Positions 37,097 through 49,850 of a stretch of DNA of 64,000 bases are shown here, one piece after another. Below the pieces are notes generated by a model, which was not told where the DNA came from, did not search any database, and worked only from the letters and a program-made list of their open reading frames with translations. The position numbers and the translations under genes were made by a program. This DNA comes from Rhynchopus sp. YZ270_cl-10 (lineage: Eukaryota): assembly GCA_964035575.1 (NCBI GenBank), contig OZ037833.1, positions 310,001 through 374,000 of the forward strand, written 5' to 3'. How positions within the stretch are numbered: the stretch's first letter is position 1; the number at the start of each line of letters is the position of its first letter.

Positions 37097-37112
37097 GAGA
37101 AGCCCCCTGGTA

Positions 37113-37369
37113 AAAAAAAAACACACACACAAATTGTCAGGATCTTGAAAAATCCTGAAGAAAAAAAACACAAAGTGTCAGGATTTCCAGGAATCCTGAA
37201 AAAACACAAAAATCTTCCTTTAGATCTTTATGGTACCGTGTCATGTCACGGTACCATAAAGATCTTAAAGGAAGATATTTGTGTTTTTTCAGGATTCCTG
37301 GAAATCCTGACACTTTGTGTTTTTTTTTTTCAGGATTTTTCAAGATCCTGACAATTTGTGTTTTTTTTT
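37113..37369. repeat. ~250-bp near-perfect palindrome (foldback element)
   Basis: Arms CACAAATTGTCAGGATCTTG...TATGGTACCGTG and CACGGTACCATA...CAAGATCCTGACAATTTGTG around a 6-nt loop; degenerate half-copy at ~46440-46545. Confidence 0.9.
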
Positions 37370-37706
37370 GTTGTGTCGACAATCACTTCGCTCCAAAAAC
37401 GGAACAAAGTTCTGTACTCAAAGTTGGCCGAAGCCTATGTACTGCAGAAGGTATAGACGTCAGCCGTCCTGAACCCTAAAGAGCAACTTTTATTTCTTCA
37501 CAGAATTTCACTATTTTCCCAGGAGTGCGTGCGTGAAGGGTGTTGGTAGGTTATGGTACATGAGTACCACCCTGGTTGTAAAGAAGCCAAGGGGGGGAGG
37601 GACTTAGAAGAGAGCTATTAAGTAGGGGGGTGGGCAGGGGCGTGTAACGGAGGGGGGAAGGGTTGAATCACTAAGTCACACAGCTATACAAAAACCCACA
37701 AAGACC

Positions 37707-40700
37707 TCATATTCGTTCCCGGAACTCCACTCGTAGCATGAGCCATTTGTGGAGACCGTCACACCACTCAGACATCCTCACATCGTCGGCCTCCTGCACT
37801 TTCATCCGCTCGCACACCATCATAAGCGTGGGGGGGCGCCGCATAGCAAAATCTCGCAACACTGTGTGTACTGTCGGGGGAGAGGGGTAGACCTTCTCTA
37901 TGTCTGCGAAACGTGATAGGGCACGTCGGTGTGCTGGCGAATTGCACAACAAAACGTGCTCGGCTGTGGCAAGACCGTCGCACTGGGGAATCGCACACTT
38001 GGCCTTGGTACTACGCTGCAGTACCGCACGCCTCGCGATGGCCTGCATGATGTCACAACACCCTGGGATGTACATCAGACGGCGCAAGTTCTGTCGCTTT
38101 GTGCACTCCTGTGGGCATTGTTCCCGTATCCTCGTAGCAATCCCTGCCTCGCGATTCATCGCTTTTACCTGCCTGATGAAATGCATCGGACTGGACAACT
38201 GGGTGACGACGACTTTTTCCGAAAAGCAGATGAAAGGGATGTTGTGTCGCGCAAGGCACACTTCGACGTCCAGGGTGGAGGGCAGAACGCGGGCTTGTGT
38301 GGCGGCCTCATCGGCGGCGTTGATGTGAACGTTTTTGCTATGACCTTTGGCCCACGACATGAGGGGCATCCCAGGAGCTCCCAGCACACACGAAGCCGGG
38401 TCCATGGGGTCCTTAGCAGTCTGGCGAGCGATCGCGTTCCTGCTGTCACACCACCACACCACCCTGAAGCGGTGGGTGGAGCCCTTCAGAGCAGTTGCCA
38501 GAGTAATCGCCGCTGCAAGTTCAGCGTGAGTGCTAGAAAGGACCTTACCTCTTATTTTAGCCCCATGTTTTACCCCGTTGATGCTGATCCCAATAGTGCC
38601 CGTGTTGTCGTCTTCGAAGTAACCACCGTCAGAGGCCACCACTAGATCCCTATTTCCCGAGAAGGTATCGAGCTGTTGCTGGATGGCCTGAATGACCGTT
38701 GGTGTGTCGCCGTCACGTGGAGCACGCCTTCTGAAACCTTCCGCCGGGAGTGCCTCCTCGGAGCGGTAGTTTGTGGAGACCAAGTGAGCATGGGTGCGCA
38801 CCGCCTCCGTGTAGTCCACCACAGGAGTCCGTCCAAAACCGTGCTTGCTTGTTGCGAAGTGCTTAATGCCACAACCTCGGGGTGAGAGGGAATGAGCCGT
38901 CCACAGGCAGCTGCGATCTTCTGCTCTGCTGGGTCGAAGCACTTGGACAGCGAATGGAGCGACAGGACGGGTAGGGCGTAGCATTTATATTGTTCCACCT
39001 TCCGCTTCGTCGGTGTGTAGCGGGAGGACGTGATGTGGTCTATCACCCTGCAGAGCCTCTCCGTCTTTGACGCATTTTGCTCGCAATTAGCTATCTTTTT
39101 GTTCCCGTGTACACAGGCCCCTAGCAGCCTAGCACTAGCAGTAGAGACTTTGCTGTTGCCTGAGTTGTCTGTGAAGTTGAAAATTGTCTTCGATATTACC
39201 GTGGTTTTACTCCACGCCAGCTCAAGTTGGAGATCTGAGGCCCACGATTCGATCAGTTGCAGGTCGTGTTCCACGCGACCTTTGGTTGTCAAGGTGGTGA
39301 TGTCGTCCACGAACGCTTTGCTTGTTTGGAGGCCTGGAGGTGGATAGGCGGTGTAGAGGAGGTAGAGGAGAACGCTCAGTGGAGACCCCTGCAAAAGCCC
39401 CTTACCCAGGCGGAAAGGGGTTGAGAAGCCGTCGTAAAACGTTAACGAGACCGTCTGCGCTTCGAGCACACGTTGGGCTGTAGCTGCCCACCTGCTGCCC
39501 ATGATGTTCTGTAAGGTGTGCACTACTCCGTCGTGGGGCACCGAGTCATAGGCCGCCAGGAGGTCCGTGATGAGCACCACATGTTCGTCATCGAGGTCAT
39601 TAGCGTAATTCTCGTCCAACCATTTCTGGGCATTGTATATGATTTCGACCATCCCTGTTTTTCTGACGCTGCCATACTGGAAATTCTTCTCTCGCACTTC
39701 TCGGTAGATGTCTTCTTTTAGGCGCACGTAGAGGGCGGTGTGGAGGATCTTTAGGAGAAGGGGCATGATGGCGACCGGGCGAAAAGATTTGGGGTGTTGA
39801 CGTTTACGGGAACCTAGCTTCCACGCAAGAAAAATCCATGAAGTAGATTCCTTTGGGGGAATGCCACATCTTAGCCACTCGTTAAATCGTATTGTTAGCT
39901 TCTGTAAGATATCGTCTTTCACATTGTTGAAGAAACGAAGTGAGTAATCAGTGGTTCGTGAGCTGGTCCGCATTGAAGCTATAGCTCTCGAGACGTCATC
40001 ACATTCAAGGCTTATCGCACTGCCTGTCATTCCGCTGGCTCGTTGTTCGCTCGCTGCGAAACGTTTTCGAAAGTGTTCCACGAAGACCCCCGGGTTTTCA
40101 ACTTTTGGGGGCTGGTAGGGTAGTCTTCTCGTCTGCATGTCGTTCGACGCCGTTCCCTGGATTAGGAAGTCCATCTTGTCCCGGATGTCCTTTATCTGTC
40201 GGTTGAGGTTGGCAGTTGCATCCCACTCCTTCCGTGCCGCATGTTGGCTTCTCAGAACTAAGCGGCACTGCAAAGCTTTGGATAGTCGCCATAGTCTTGG
40301 GCACTTTGGTTTGGGGGCCGGTCTCACGTTAATCCATTCTGGTTTTCCCTGGATGATGCAGTCGAGCTCTTTGAGTCCTAGTTTGAAACCTGCCGGTGGT
40401 TGTTGCATGGACGGTATGGGATTTGCTAATGTTTGTCGGATGTTCACCGTCAGGGCAGCGTGGTCACTCGCACCGGTGAAACTTATTTGTTCCAGGTTTA
40501 GCTTGCAGCCCCTTTGCACAAACACTCTGTCCAGGGAACTCCTCTGGGTCTTGGATCTGGCGAAAGTGGTTCGTCCCCTCACCAGTTCGCGGTAATTACC
40601 ACCACGGACTACTGCCTCCACGGTTGGTGTAGTGCGCACGTTAAAATCCCCTATAATAATTGTATCATGAGGACTCTCACGTTCGGTTTTCCTGATCCAT

Positions 40701-41191
40701 GAGCCTAGGTTTGTCATCTGCTCGCCGCTTCTGTTGCACTGGACGTAGACGCTGATAATTCGGATGGAGGAGGTCGGGAGTTTGATGTCTGCGTAACATG
40801 CGGTGTGGTACGTACCTGTCTTTGTTGTGTAGCATGGCGTATTGGCGCGTAGCAAAATCGCACTTCTAGCCACATCGCAGTTGTTTTCGCTGATGGAGGC
40901 TACTACCACTGGAACCCACTGATGACGTGTGGCGGCTTCACGAAACTTTTCCACCGGTTGCCCGATTTCGTAAGTTGCCAGCAGTTCACTCTTTGGCAGG
41001 AGGCGGAAGTATTTTGACAAATAAATTTTGCAACACGAGTTGCAACCCACGAGTTTGATGTCCGTTGGCGGGCGGGTTTGGGAAGCATTGACGTATGGGG
41101 GATTGACTGTTGTGTAACTGTGATTCGGGGGTAGGGGGGATAGGGGAGGTTCACTCACGGTTCTGTTCTTTGCTGGTGTGGTTGTGGTCAT
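37707..41191 (-). mobile_element. Non-LTR retrotransposon ORF2: APE endonuclease, reverse transcriptase, RNase H, Cys/His knuckle; one frameshift near 38880
   Basis: APE motifs IGDFN, LDRVF, SDH; RT motifs FRPVAIM, DLLAAYDSV, LQGSPLS, FVDD; RNase H motifs ASDGG, HAELAA, CDS, KGH...NAADEAA; C-terminal CxxxxC...EHVLLC. Confidence 0.93.
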
Positions 41192-41196
41192 AACGG

Positions 41197-42020
41197 TTAT
41201 TTCCTTGGCGCAGGATCAGGACGGGGTGACGTCTCTTCCTGCGCTGTGTCGACCGCTTCCGAAACCGATAAGTCGACAGTAGTTTTGGACTTCTTCTTCT
41301 TCCCGCCGGCGTTGCCCTTGCTCTGCCTGCGTCTCTTCTTCTGTCTCTGCTCACCGGCTCCCTCTTCTTCCTCTTCGTCCGCTTCTTCCTCTTCTTCCTC
41401 TGCGGACGTTTCGAGGATGCTTCCGCTGTCAGAACGCTCGTCGTCAAACATGTTGGTGGTGTCGGCAGCCCTGGCTGGCACATTTGTGGTGGTGTCGACG
41501 TCTTCCGTGTTGGTTTCAGCCGGGGGCGGCTCGTTCACTTTTGTGCTTTGGAAATGCATTGCACCGCCCCACGCCTGGGCCTCCCTCTGGTGGATAAGCC
41601 CTTCCACTGGACCCATCACCAAAGTGACCCCGTAAGGGCTGACGATGTTCGTCTTCTCGATTTGTGCCATGTCTAGCTCCGACAAACCCTCAATGATAAA
41701 GATTGGGGCGCCGCGCACCAGCCCATGAGCTGGGTAGATGCGGGTCCCCTCAGAGGAGATGTCCAGTTGTTCCAGCATAGCTGCGAACTCGAATTCCGAG
41801 AAGCTACGGTGGAAACCGTAACCTCCCCATTTGGACCTCGAGTCCGCAAGGAACTTCTTCCGCCTCTCCTCCTTCTTTTCTTTAGTAGACACGAAACGGC
41901 CTTGGTATTTCAAAGCGATGTTAGCCTGATCCAAAAGCCCCGCTAGCCGCTCCAGGGTGGCGTCGTTGAGGATGGGGGAGTGGATGTCGTAGCCACTGGC
42001 AGTCGCCCTGATCACTTTCC
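41197..42020 (-). CDS. Retrotransposon ORF1 (probably 5'-truncated), acidic/basic C-terminus
   Basis: Open frame ending 5 nt before the ORF2 ATG; no ATG at its 5' end, which abuts an A-run; no zinc knuckle seen. Confidence 0.7.
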
Positions 42021-42383
42021 TTTTTTTTTTTTTTTTACCAGGGGACTTCTCTATGTTGTAGGCATACAGAGGTACAGATTTTACAGACCGGGGCCGCAAC
42101 TGTCTGGGATGTCACGAAACTGACAAAAAAAGTGGTTTTCGACCTGGGGAGGGATATCTGAGTGTGTCTGAATTTTTGGTGAGAGCGATGTGAACACGAC
42201 AACCAATCCACAGAAAAGTTTTTGATTTTGTCCCTACACACTCCACAAAAATTCGTGCAATCAACAAAAAATTCTTTTTCCGATTTCGTTTCTTTTTATC
42301 AATTTTTGTTTTCTCGATATCACAAATGATACTGTTTTCCATGAAAAAAAAACAAAGAACTTACAAGAAGAAAAATGCGGGAA

Positions 42384-42515
42384 GTTTCAATTCTGCTGCG
42401 CGGTTTACACCATAGTGTGTTTCAATTCTGCTGCGCGGTTTACACCATAGTGTGTTTCAATTCTGCTGCGCGATTTACACCATCGTGTGTTTCGGTTCTG
42501 CTGCGCGGTTTACAC
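42384..42515 (+). repeat. 35-bp tandem repeat, ~3.8 copies
   Basis: Unit GTTTCAATTCTGCTGCGCGGTTTACACCATAGTGT, head-to-tail with no spacers, ~260 bp upstream of the transposase ATG. Confidence 0.9.
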
Positions 42516-42774
42516 TAAATTTAAAAGAAGATTCCCACTTTTTTTTACCACTCTTTTTTTGAAAAATTTAAAGCTGTGTCAAAAATTTTCACATGCGACC
42601 AGAATTGGTCAAAAAAAATTACCAGAAGTTTTTTTTTTTACCACTGAGAGAGCCGGAAAAAATGGGGGGGTGAAAATTGCTAAAAAAAAAGTGCATTTTT
42701 CAAGATTTTCAAGCCCCCACCTACCCTGTCACCCTGTTAGAATGACCTTTTAGATTTTGCCCACTACCCAAGAG

Positions 42775-45642
42775 ATGCCTGCTTCGATGTCTCGGAAAAG
42801 AAAGCGCGAGGACTACGAAGCGGACGAGGATGATGAGGATGAAGTGGGGCTGGCAGATCCACCAGGAGAAGACGATGACGAGGAACCCAAAGCGAACCAG
42901 GAGGAAGAGGAGGACGAGGAGAGCATGGGAAGCGAGGAGGAAAAACTCTACACCAGAAAATTCGGGGCACATCTTAGAAAAGACAGAGATGCTCTTGAGA
43001 AATCCTACAAGAAGAAGCTGCAAGCAGTAAAGAATGACGGGAAGAAAAGGAAAAAACACAAAGGCAAACTGACGAAAAACGTTATGGCCGCATTCCTGGC
43101 AAAAGAGGAGCTCAGGGAGATGAAAGAGAGAGGGGAAGATGTGAGGATTCGGCCCACCCGCAAGAAGGAACGGGGCCGGTCGGTCCGTGTACTGTCGATG
43201 CAACTAGGCGAGGACATTGCGTCGCAGATAGCATCTCCGCAGCCTCAGTCCCAAACCCCTCAAGGCCAAACCCAAACCCCGCAGGCGCAGGAACCAACTC
43301 CCCCGTTCATTTCGCAGTCACAGCAAGACACCCCCACGCAGGAACCAACTCCCCTCACAGCCTCCACCCAAGTCTCTCAAAAACTCACTATCCGGGCTTT
43401 GACACAGACAGTGAAGGGGTATAAGGACGACATTCCCAAGTTAGAGTTTCGACTTCTGAAGGACATGGCGCTTTTCAAGCAATATGCATCTTTCAAGAAG
43501 ATATATTCACTGGAACAACAGCTTCCATGCTGTGTCGTATGCCGCCAGACGTTTGGACATTCTGTTCAACGCAATGACTTATCCAAGCACTTCGGGACAT
43601 CTGCTTGCAACCAAAAATGGTCGGCAGAAGAAAAGACCCAGTCGCGTCTTGAGACAACAGCTGGGATGACTGGTGTGATGGAGGACAGGTTGGCGAGAGC
43701 ATCCTTGATCTCAGGACAATCACCCGAAGTGGTGAAAATCATCTCCACAGTGTTAGGTGGCATGAAGATCCCGGCTGTTGTTCCTGACGTCGAAGGGGCG
43801 GTGAGAAGGTGCGCGCGCTCGATCACGAGCGAAGCGGAGGGGCTAATCTCGACGACGCTGAGGGGGAGCGGCTTTGCGACACGTTGGTCGCTGTTTCACG
43901 ATGGGGGAAGGATCGGTGATTCAGCGGCATACGTGTTCGTGGGGTCCAGGCGAGGGAAATCTTATGCTCTCCAGCCTTATTTACCTGGGAGTCAGGTATG
44001 TTTCGTTTAGTCATAATGGTCCATACACAGCACCACAGGTCAATGGGGAAAATTTGGCGCTGCAGATGGCAAAGGAGCTGACAAGGTTAAAGCTCAACAG
44101 GCCGTATTTAATACGGTCCGACAAAGGAGGCAGTGACGGGAGTAGTAGCCGACTTCTCGCTGAAAGTTGGGGTATCATGTTCGTATCGTGCGTAGAACAT
44201 ACGTTTCACAACATCGCGTGCGACCTCCTCATGTACCTCGAAAACACAACTGCAAAAAAAATTGTGTACCTGTGTACCTATTTGTTTAATGGGAAGCTGA
44301 ACTCGCTGAGACATGCACGGTGGGTCTTGGCACAGAAGGGTACCGAGACGATCCAGCTGCCTGGCCTCGCCAAGCTCGCCTCCCGCCTGCAGAGCCACCT
44401 CCAAGAAGGCGGGATGTCTGACGAGGCTCAGTTGTTTGCGAAGTACAAAACAGAGATGTCCGAGATTGCCCCTGCGGGCGCGTTTGCACAATGCTGCAAC
44501 TGTGCGAATTTAGTGAGCGTTGCGAACTCTTTACAGGAAGAAGCGTCCAACACCCGGTCAGAAGATTCTGTGAAGGCGCAGAAGATGCCACTCCCTGTCT
44601 GCACAAGACATTCGCATAGTTGTTTGGCGTACGGTCATGTAGGAGAAAGACTTCGTGAACTGTACATGTTCGTGGCATCAGAGCTCATGGAGTGCAGTAA
44701 TGAACCATGTTCTTCGTTGCAAGAGCTCATCGAAATCTTGGCTGCCACTCCATTGGAGACATTGAAGCAGGAGTTTCAAAATGTATGCAAAAACGCCTAA
44801 AAACGTGGCATGATGGTTAGCAAAATCCCTGGAAGGATAGCAATGATTTTTTTTTTTGCACCACAGGTCCGCACCTTTATTCAACCGATTGAACGGATGC
44901 TGTGCAAGTACGGAAACGCGCAGCGCCCGTGTGGCTCGCATGAGGTTGCCAAAGACCTCACCGACCTTGAGAGAATGTACACGTATGAGATTACCATACC
45001 TGCCATAACCATATTCCGTATATTTCTTTCAATTTCAGGAACTTGGAAGGCGCAAGCGAAAATCTGAAGTTAGAAGCCGGTCGAGTGGTCACCTCTCATT
45101 TGGTCAAAGATGAGGTGAATCTCAATTTTTGGCGGGCAGTGCGGCAGTTCCACCCCCGCGCAAGGGACCTCGCCCTCGACCTCAACATGGCTATGACTCC
45201 TCAAGCCATGAACGAATGGTTGCCATTTCGTATCGATGAACAAAAGTTCATCGACTACGACAACCACATTCGTGAGCAGCAGGAGCTTCCGCAGGACCCG
45301 AAGGTTTTCTGGAGGAATTACACTGCTTCAGATGAACTCAGAGCTCAGGCTCTGGATTTACTGATGGAGCCTCCTGCTGCCACATGCTGCGACTCCTTCC
45401 TCAGCATTGCTCAGAAGGTTGTCGAGAGGGCCCCTGGGGCGTCCAAGGAGTGGAGAGCTCTTGTGACGTTCCACAGGAGCAATGGAGATGTTGCAAACGT
45501 CACCAATGGGAGGCTTCGTAGGGGGTTTCCTGCGTTTGTGGAGGATGAGGACGGTTTTGCCGAACCACCACCGCGTCGCCTGAACCCGGTGAAGTCATTT
45601 TCGCAAGCCATTGGTATTATCGGTAAGGCAAAGAGGGGTTGA
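42775..45642 (+). CDS. hAT-like transposase (894 aa); exons 42775-43995, 44039-44782, 44867-44982, 45039-45642
   Basis: Three GTATG...CAG introns (43, 84, 56 nt) join four ORFs in frame. BED-like finger CVVC...LSKH, WSLFHDGG, RSDKG, CVEHTFHNI (CxxH), and C-terminal FWRNY...LRAQALDLLMEP dimerisation-like region. Confidence 0.82.
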
Positions 45643-46702
45643 GCACGGCATGGTTTTTTTTTTTTTTTTTTTTTGTGAAGAAAACCAGGGGACATTGGTA
45701 GTTTGAGATTTTGAAAAAAAAGCCGGTGTGAGCCAAAAAAGCCGGTGTGAGGCAATTTTTTTTTCCCCACGCATTTTTGGCAGAGACCTCCACAACTCTT
45801 TCCCCTCCGTGCCCTTGTCTAACCATATGGCATCAAAACTTTTCTGGCGAAGCCACGGTACGCAACATTTCAAAAATTGTGACATAAAATCGCACGCTTT
45901 TATAACCAAACTATGGTAAAGGTAGCTGTGACTATGGCATAGGGTAGAGCTGTGGGCTACCGCTCGTCATTTTTAGCTGCGCCGCAGGCGCACGGTACGC
46001 TACTTTTTTATGAGAGTTGCGAACATCTATTTCTTTTGATTGAACGGACCGATTGGTCTTTATGGTGGGGTTACATGCACATAAGAAACCGCTACAGATG
46101 TGGTTGTAGACTTGTATGAGGAGATAAATTCAGAAAAAAATTCAAAAATCCGCCTTTTCCCTTTTTTTTTTTTTTCCTCAAAATCCCACACCGGCTTATC
46201 CGGTGTGGCCACACCGGCACACCGGCATACTAATGTCCCCTGAAGAAAACCGACTGACGTGCAACAAAGAGTTTTTCTCGACCGTGTTTTATTCTTCCTC
46301 AAGGTTTTTCACTCTACCATAAATTTTTTTGTACAGTAGATTAACAGTGTCCAGTTCTTGGATCATTGTAACCCACCCCTCCTTCATAGATACCCATCCT
46401 ACCCCATTCTAAGCAAGAGAGAAAAAAAAACACAAAAAAAAAAAAAAACACAAATTGTCAGGATCTTGATCAGGAAGAAGAAGATTTGAGTCCGTGAAAA
46501 AAAAAAATCTTCTTTAAGACCTTTCTGGTACCGTGTCATGTACACCCATTTTTTTTTTTTTTTTTGAATTTTTAAAATCAGGGCCACTAAAGTGCCAAAA
46601 AAGGGTAAACTCGGGGCCTGAGACGGTTTTGGGGGGTTTGAAAGTTTGTTTTGTTTTGTTTTGTTTTTGCTTTTGCTACTTTATTTTGTACTTTTTTGCT
46701 TA

Positions 46703-47581
46703 GGGAAAACAAACTTTCGGTCTGCGTGCGCGTCCTGCGTGCCTGGGTTTTTTTGAGATTTTCAAAAAAAAAGTTTTTTTCAAAAAAAAGTTTTTTCTGT
46801 GGAAAAGCGAATCCCCACCCCCCTGGTACCCCCGTCTCCCCCAAAAAAATTTTCCCATGGAGAGCAATCGGCTCGCGCAATCAAAAGAAGGCAGAGAAAA
46901 GGGAAAAGAAAAAAAGAAAAAAGTTGGGAACCGAGCGCCTGCGGCGCTACCTGTTCCCTACACTCCTTTATTTTTAAACATGATGAACTTATTTATGTAC
47001 AGTGGTCATTTTCTTTTGAGCATAAATCAGTTCCTAGTAAGGGTACTTCAGTGTATTTTTGTACACACATGTGACCCCACCGTGGAGAGCAATCGGCTCG
47101 TGCAATCAAAAGAAAGCAGAAAAAAGGGGAAAAGAAGAAAAGGAAAAAGTTGGGGACCGTGCGCCTGCGGCGCTACCTGTTCCCAGTCAAAAACACCATA
47201 ATTTGATCTGAAGTTGGGTTTTCAGTCCTGAAAATGACCCTTGCTCACGAGTATGGGTTCATATTTTGTAAAAAAATAAGTCACTAAAATTGTTTCCATG
47301 TTTCCGTTTTTCCCCCACCACAGAACGGGATTGGCTCGGAAATGCCACAAAACACTGTTTTCACCCCCTTATACACAGCTGTCTGAGGTGCGTTTTTTTG
47401 GTCCCAAAACACGATTTTTCAGATTTTTCCCCCAAAAGTTAGCGCGAAGCCTGTTCTCACTCCATGAAAGAAGAACAATTTGAAAAAAACTTTTTTTTAA
47501 AACAAACTTTTTTTTGCCTGCCTGCCTGGGTTTTTCTGGGGGACGTCCCGACGCGCACGCAGACGAGAAGTTTGTTTTCCC
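46703..47581. mobile_element. MITE with GGG ends and TTA TSD (PIF/Harbinger-like)
   Basis: GGGAAAACAAACTTTCGGTCTGCGTGCGCGTC ... GACGCGCACGCAGACGAGAAGTTTGTTTTCCC with TTA on both sides; internal ~95-bp direct repeat at ~46857 and ~47082. Confidence 0.8.
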
Positions 47582-47820
47582 TTATTTGTTTGTTTACTTT
47601 TGCAGCATGACCAAGGGTCGTTAAGACAGGGTACGTTACTTTTTGAGATGACGATTTAATCCATGCCTTGTGCTGTCTGTAAATGTTTGTGTGTTTTGCA
47701 GGTTTTGGGGGGTGTGTGGGTGGGTTGGTATGGTCAGAAACACTATGAAAGCCGTGGTTGGGGTTTCTTAAAAAATGACGTTTGCCACTAGCTTTTGATA
47801 GACCCTAGGGGGGGGACCTA

Positions 47821-49231
47821 GGGGGTCCGACTCCCACACCACGCTGGATGATAGGGGTCACATGATAGGGTGACATGATAGGGCACATGTTAGGATCCTA
47901 ACATGTGCCCTATCATGTACCCTAACATGTACCCTATCATGTGCCCTATCATGTGCCCTATCATGTGCCCTATCATGTACCCTATCATGTACCCTAACAT
48001 GTGCCCTATCATGTGACCCTATCAATCCTATCATGTGACCTATCATGTGAACCGGGGAATCCTATCATGTGCCCTATCATGTACCCTATCATGTACCCTA
48101 TCATGTACCCTATCATGTACCCTATCATGTACCCTATCATGTACCCTATCATGTACCCTATCATGTGCCCTATCATGTGCCCTATGGCCACATGATAGGG
48201 CACATGATAGGATTCACTGGCTCACATGATACTATACTTGTTAGATTTCCGACTTCACATGATAGTTCACATGTTAGATTTCCCGGTTCACATGATAGTT
48301 TACATGATAGTTTTCCCACTTCACATGATAGTTCACATGTTAGATTTCCCGGTTCACATGATGGGATTTACCGGTTCACATGATAAAATTCTATCATGTG
48401 ACCTATCATGTAAATCTACCAAATCACCCTATCATCCAGCGTGGTGCATGTAAATTTTTGTCCATTTTATTATTTTTTCAACATTAGGCCATTTCCCGGG
48501 CACCCCCGGGCGAATCCTGCCCCCAAAATAGGGTGTCTGGGCACTGTGGGCCCAAATTCACCCTCTAGGTACCACAAAATACAAAAAAAAATTGAAAAAA
48601 ATGGTGAAAATAGGCTATTTTGGCCTTTTGGGCAACATAGCCGGTTTTGACCAAATTTCCAAAAAATCAAAAAAAAAGTCCAAAAAATAGACGAAAAAGG
48701 GCGTCTCTGGACACAATTTCGACCCAAAAATGTGTTTTGGGTCAATTGAAAACGGGGTTTCACCCTTTTGACACTTTTTTTGACGTTTTTTTGTGTTTTT
48801 AGGTGCAAAAACGTCCGGGGTGGGATGAGCATGGGATGAGCTTGGGATGAGCACAAAAAAACACACACAAAACATCTAAAAAAGTGGCAAAAGGGTGAAA
48901 AACCGGTTGCAATTGACTCAACCCACTTATTTCCGTCGAAATTCTGTCCAGAGACTCCCTTTTTCGTCTATTTTTTCGGGTTTTTTTTGATTTTTTTTTG
49001 GGAAACGGTTTTTAGTCAAAAACCGGCCATTTTGCCTAAGGCCAAAATAGCCTATTTTCACCATATTTTTCAATTTTTTTTGTATTTTGTGGTACCTAGA
49101 GGGTGAATTTGGGCCCACAGTGCCCAGACACCCCATTTTGGGGGCAGGATTCGCCCGGGGGTGCCCGGGAAATGGCCTAATGTTGAAAAAATAATAAAAT
49201 GGACAAAAATTTACATGGGAGTCGGACCCCC
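47821..49231. mobile_element. Foldback/MITE with long TIRs and TA flanks
   Basis: GGGGGTCCGACTCCCA...TGGGAGTCGGACCCCC; arms ~48447-48720 and ~48940-49231 are inverted copies; the left arm is interrupted by an insertion. Confidence 0.8.
47837..48446. mobile_element. CAC-ended element with 2-bp TSD (CA), filled with a 12-bp minisatellite
   Basis: 20-bp TIR CACCACGCTGGATGATAGGG; internal (TATCATGTACCC)n in both orientations. The opposite host arm shows the empty site CTCCCATGTAAA. Confidence 0.88.
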
Positions 49232-49235
49232 TAGG

Positions 49236-49850
49236 CATACACTCGATGCGAGTCGCATGCGAGAATCATTCTCGCATTCTCGCACACCATTCTCGCACCA
49301 TTCTCGCATGCGAGAATCATTCTCGCACACGTAGAGGATTTTCGTACAAGGGAAGTCCTGGCCTGTGTTTCGTTTTTTAGGGACATGTAGTGTCCAGGGG
49401 AAGTTTCTGTCGCAAAGTAGATGAAGTAACCCCACCACACTCTGTGTACTGTGTACTGTGTACTGTGTACTGTGTACTGTGTACTGTGTACTGTGTACTG
49501 TGTACTGTGTACTGTGTACTGTGTACTGTGTACTGTGTACTGTGTACTGTGTACTGTGTTGCTGGGTATATTCCATCGTGTTTTGTTGAAAATTGCTGGT
49601 TTTGTTTAAATGACTCCTCGGAGTCTCCCTTAAGGTTAAAATGACCCGAAAACATTAAAAAAAAGCGTTGGGGGGTGTGTATTTTCCACGTACGTGACCA
49701 CGGAGAACCGTGCGAGAATCGTGCGAGAATGTGCGAGAATGGTGCGAGAATGAGCGAGAATGTGCGAGAATGAGCGAGAATCGTGCGAGAATTTTTTGCC
49801 AGACCAGAGTTGTGCGAGAATGCGAGAATGCGACTCGCATCGAGTGTATG
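49236..49850. mobile_element. CATA-ended TIR element with 6-bp TSD CCTAGG, containing (TGTGTAC)n
   Basis: Perfect 23-bp TIR CATACACTCGATGCGAGTCGCAT, GCGAGAAT subrepeats, 7-mer microsatellite at ~49443-49558. Confidence 0.88.

Noticed and set aside
37470..37500. Telomere-like CCCTAAA / 3' end of the LINE
   Set aside because: Single unit only; no poly(A) tail or TSD could be defined.
42384..42515. CRISPR-like repeat beginning GTTTCAAT
   Set aside because: Units are head-to-tail with no unique spacers, there are no cas genes, and the context is eukaryotic.
47858..49655. Repetitive ORFs (MYPI, VPYH, STQYTVH)
   Set aside because: Translations of 12-bp and 7-bp minisatellites inside MITEs.
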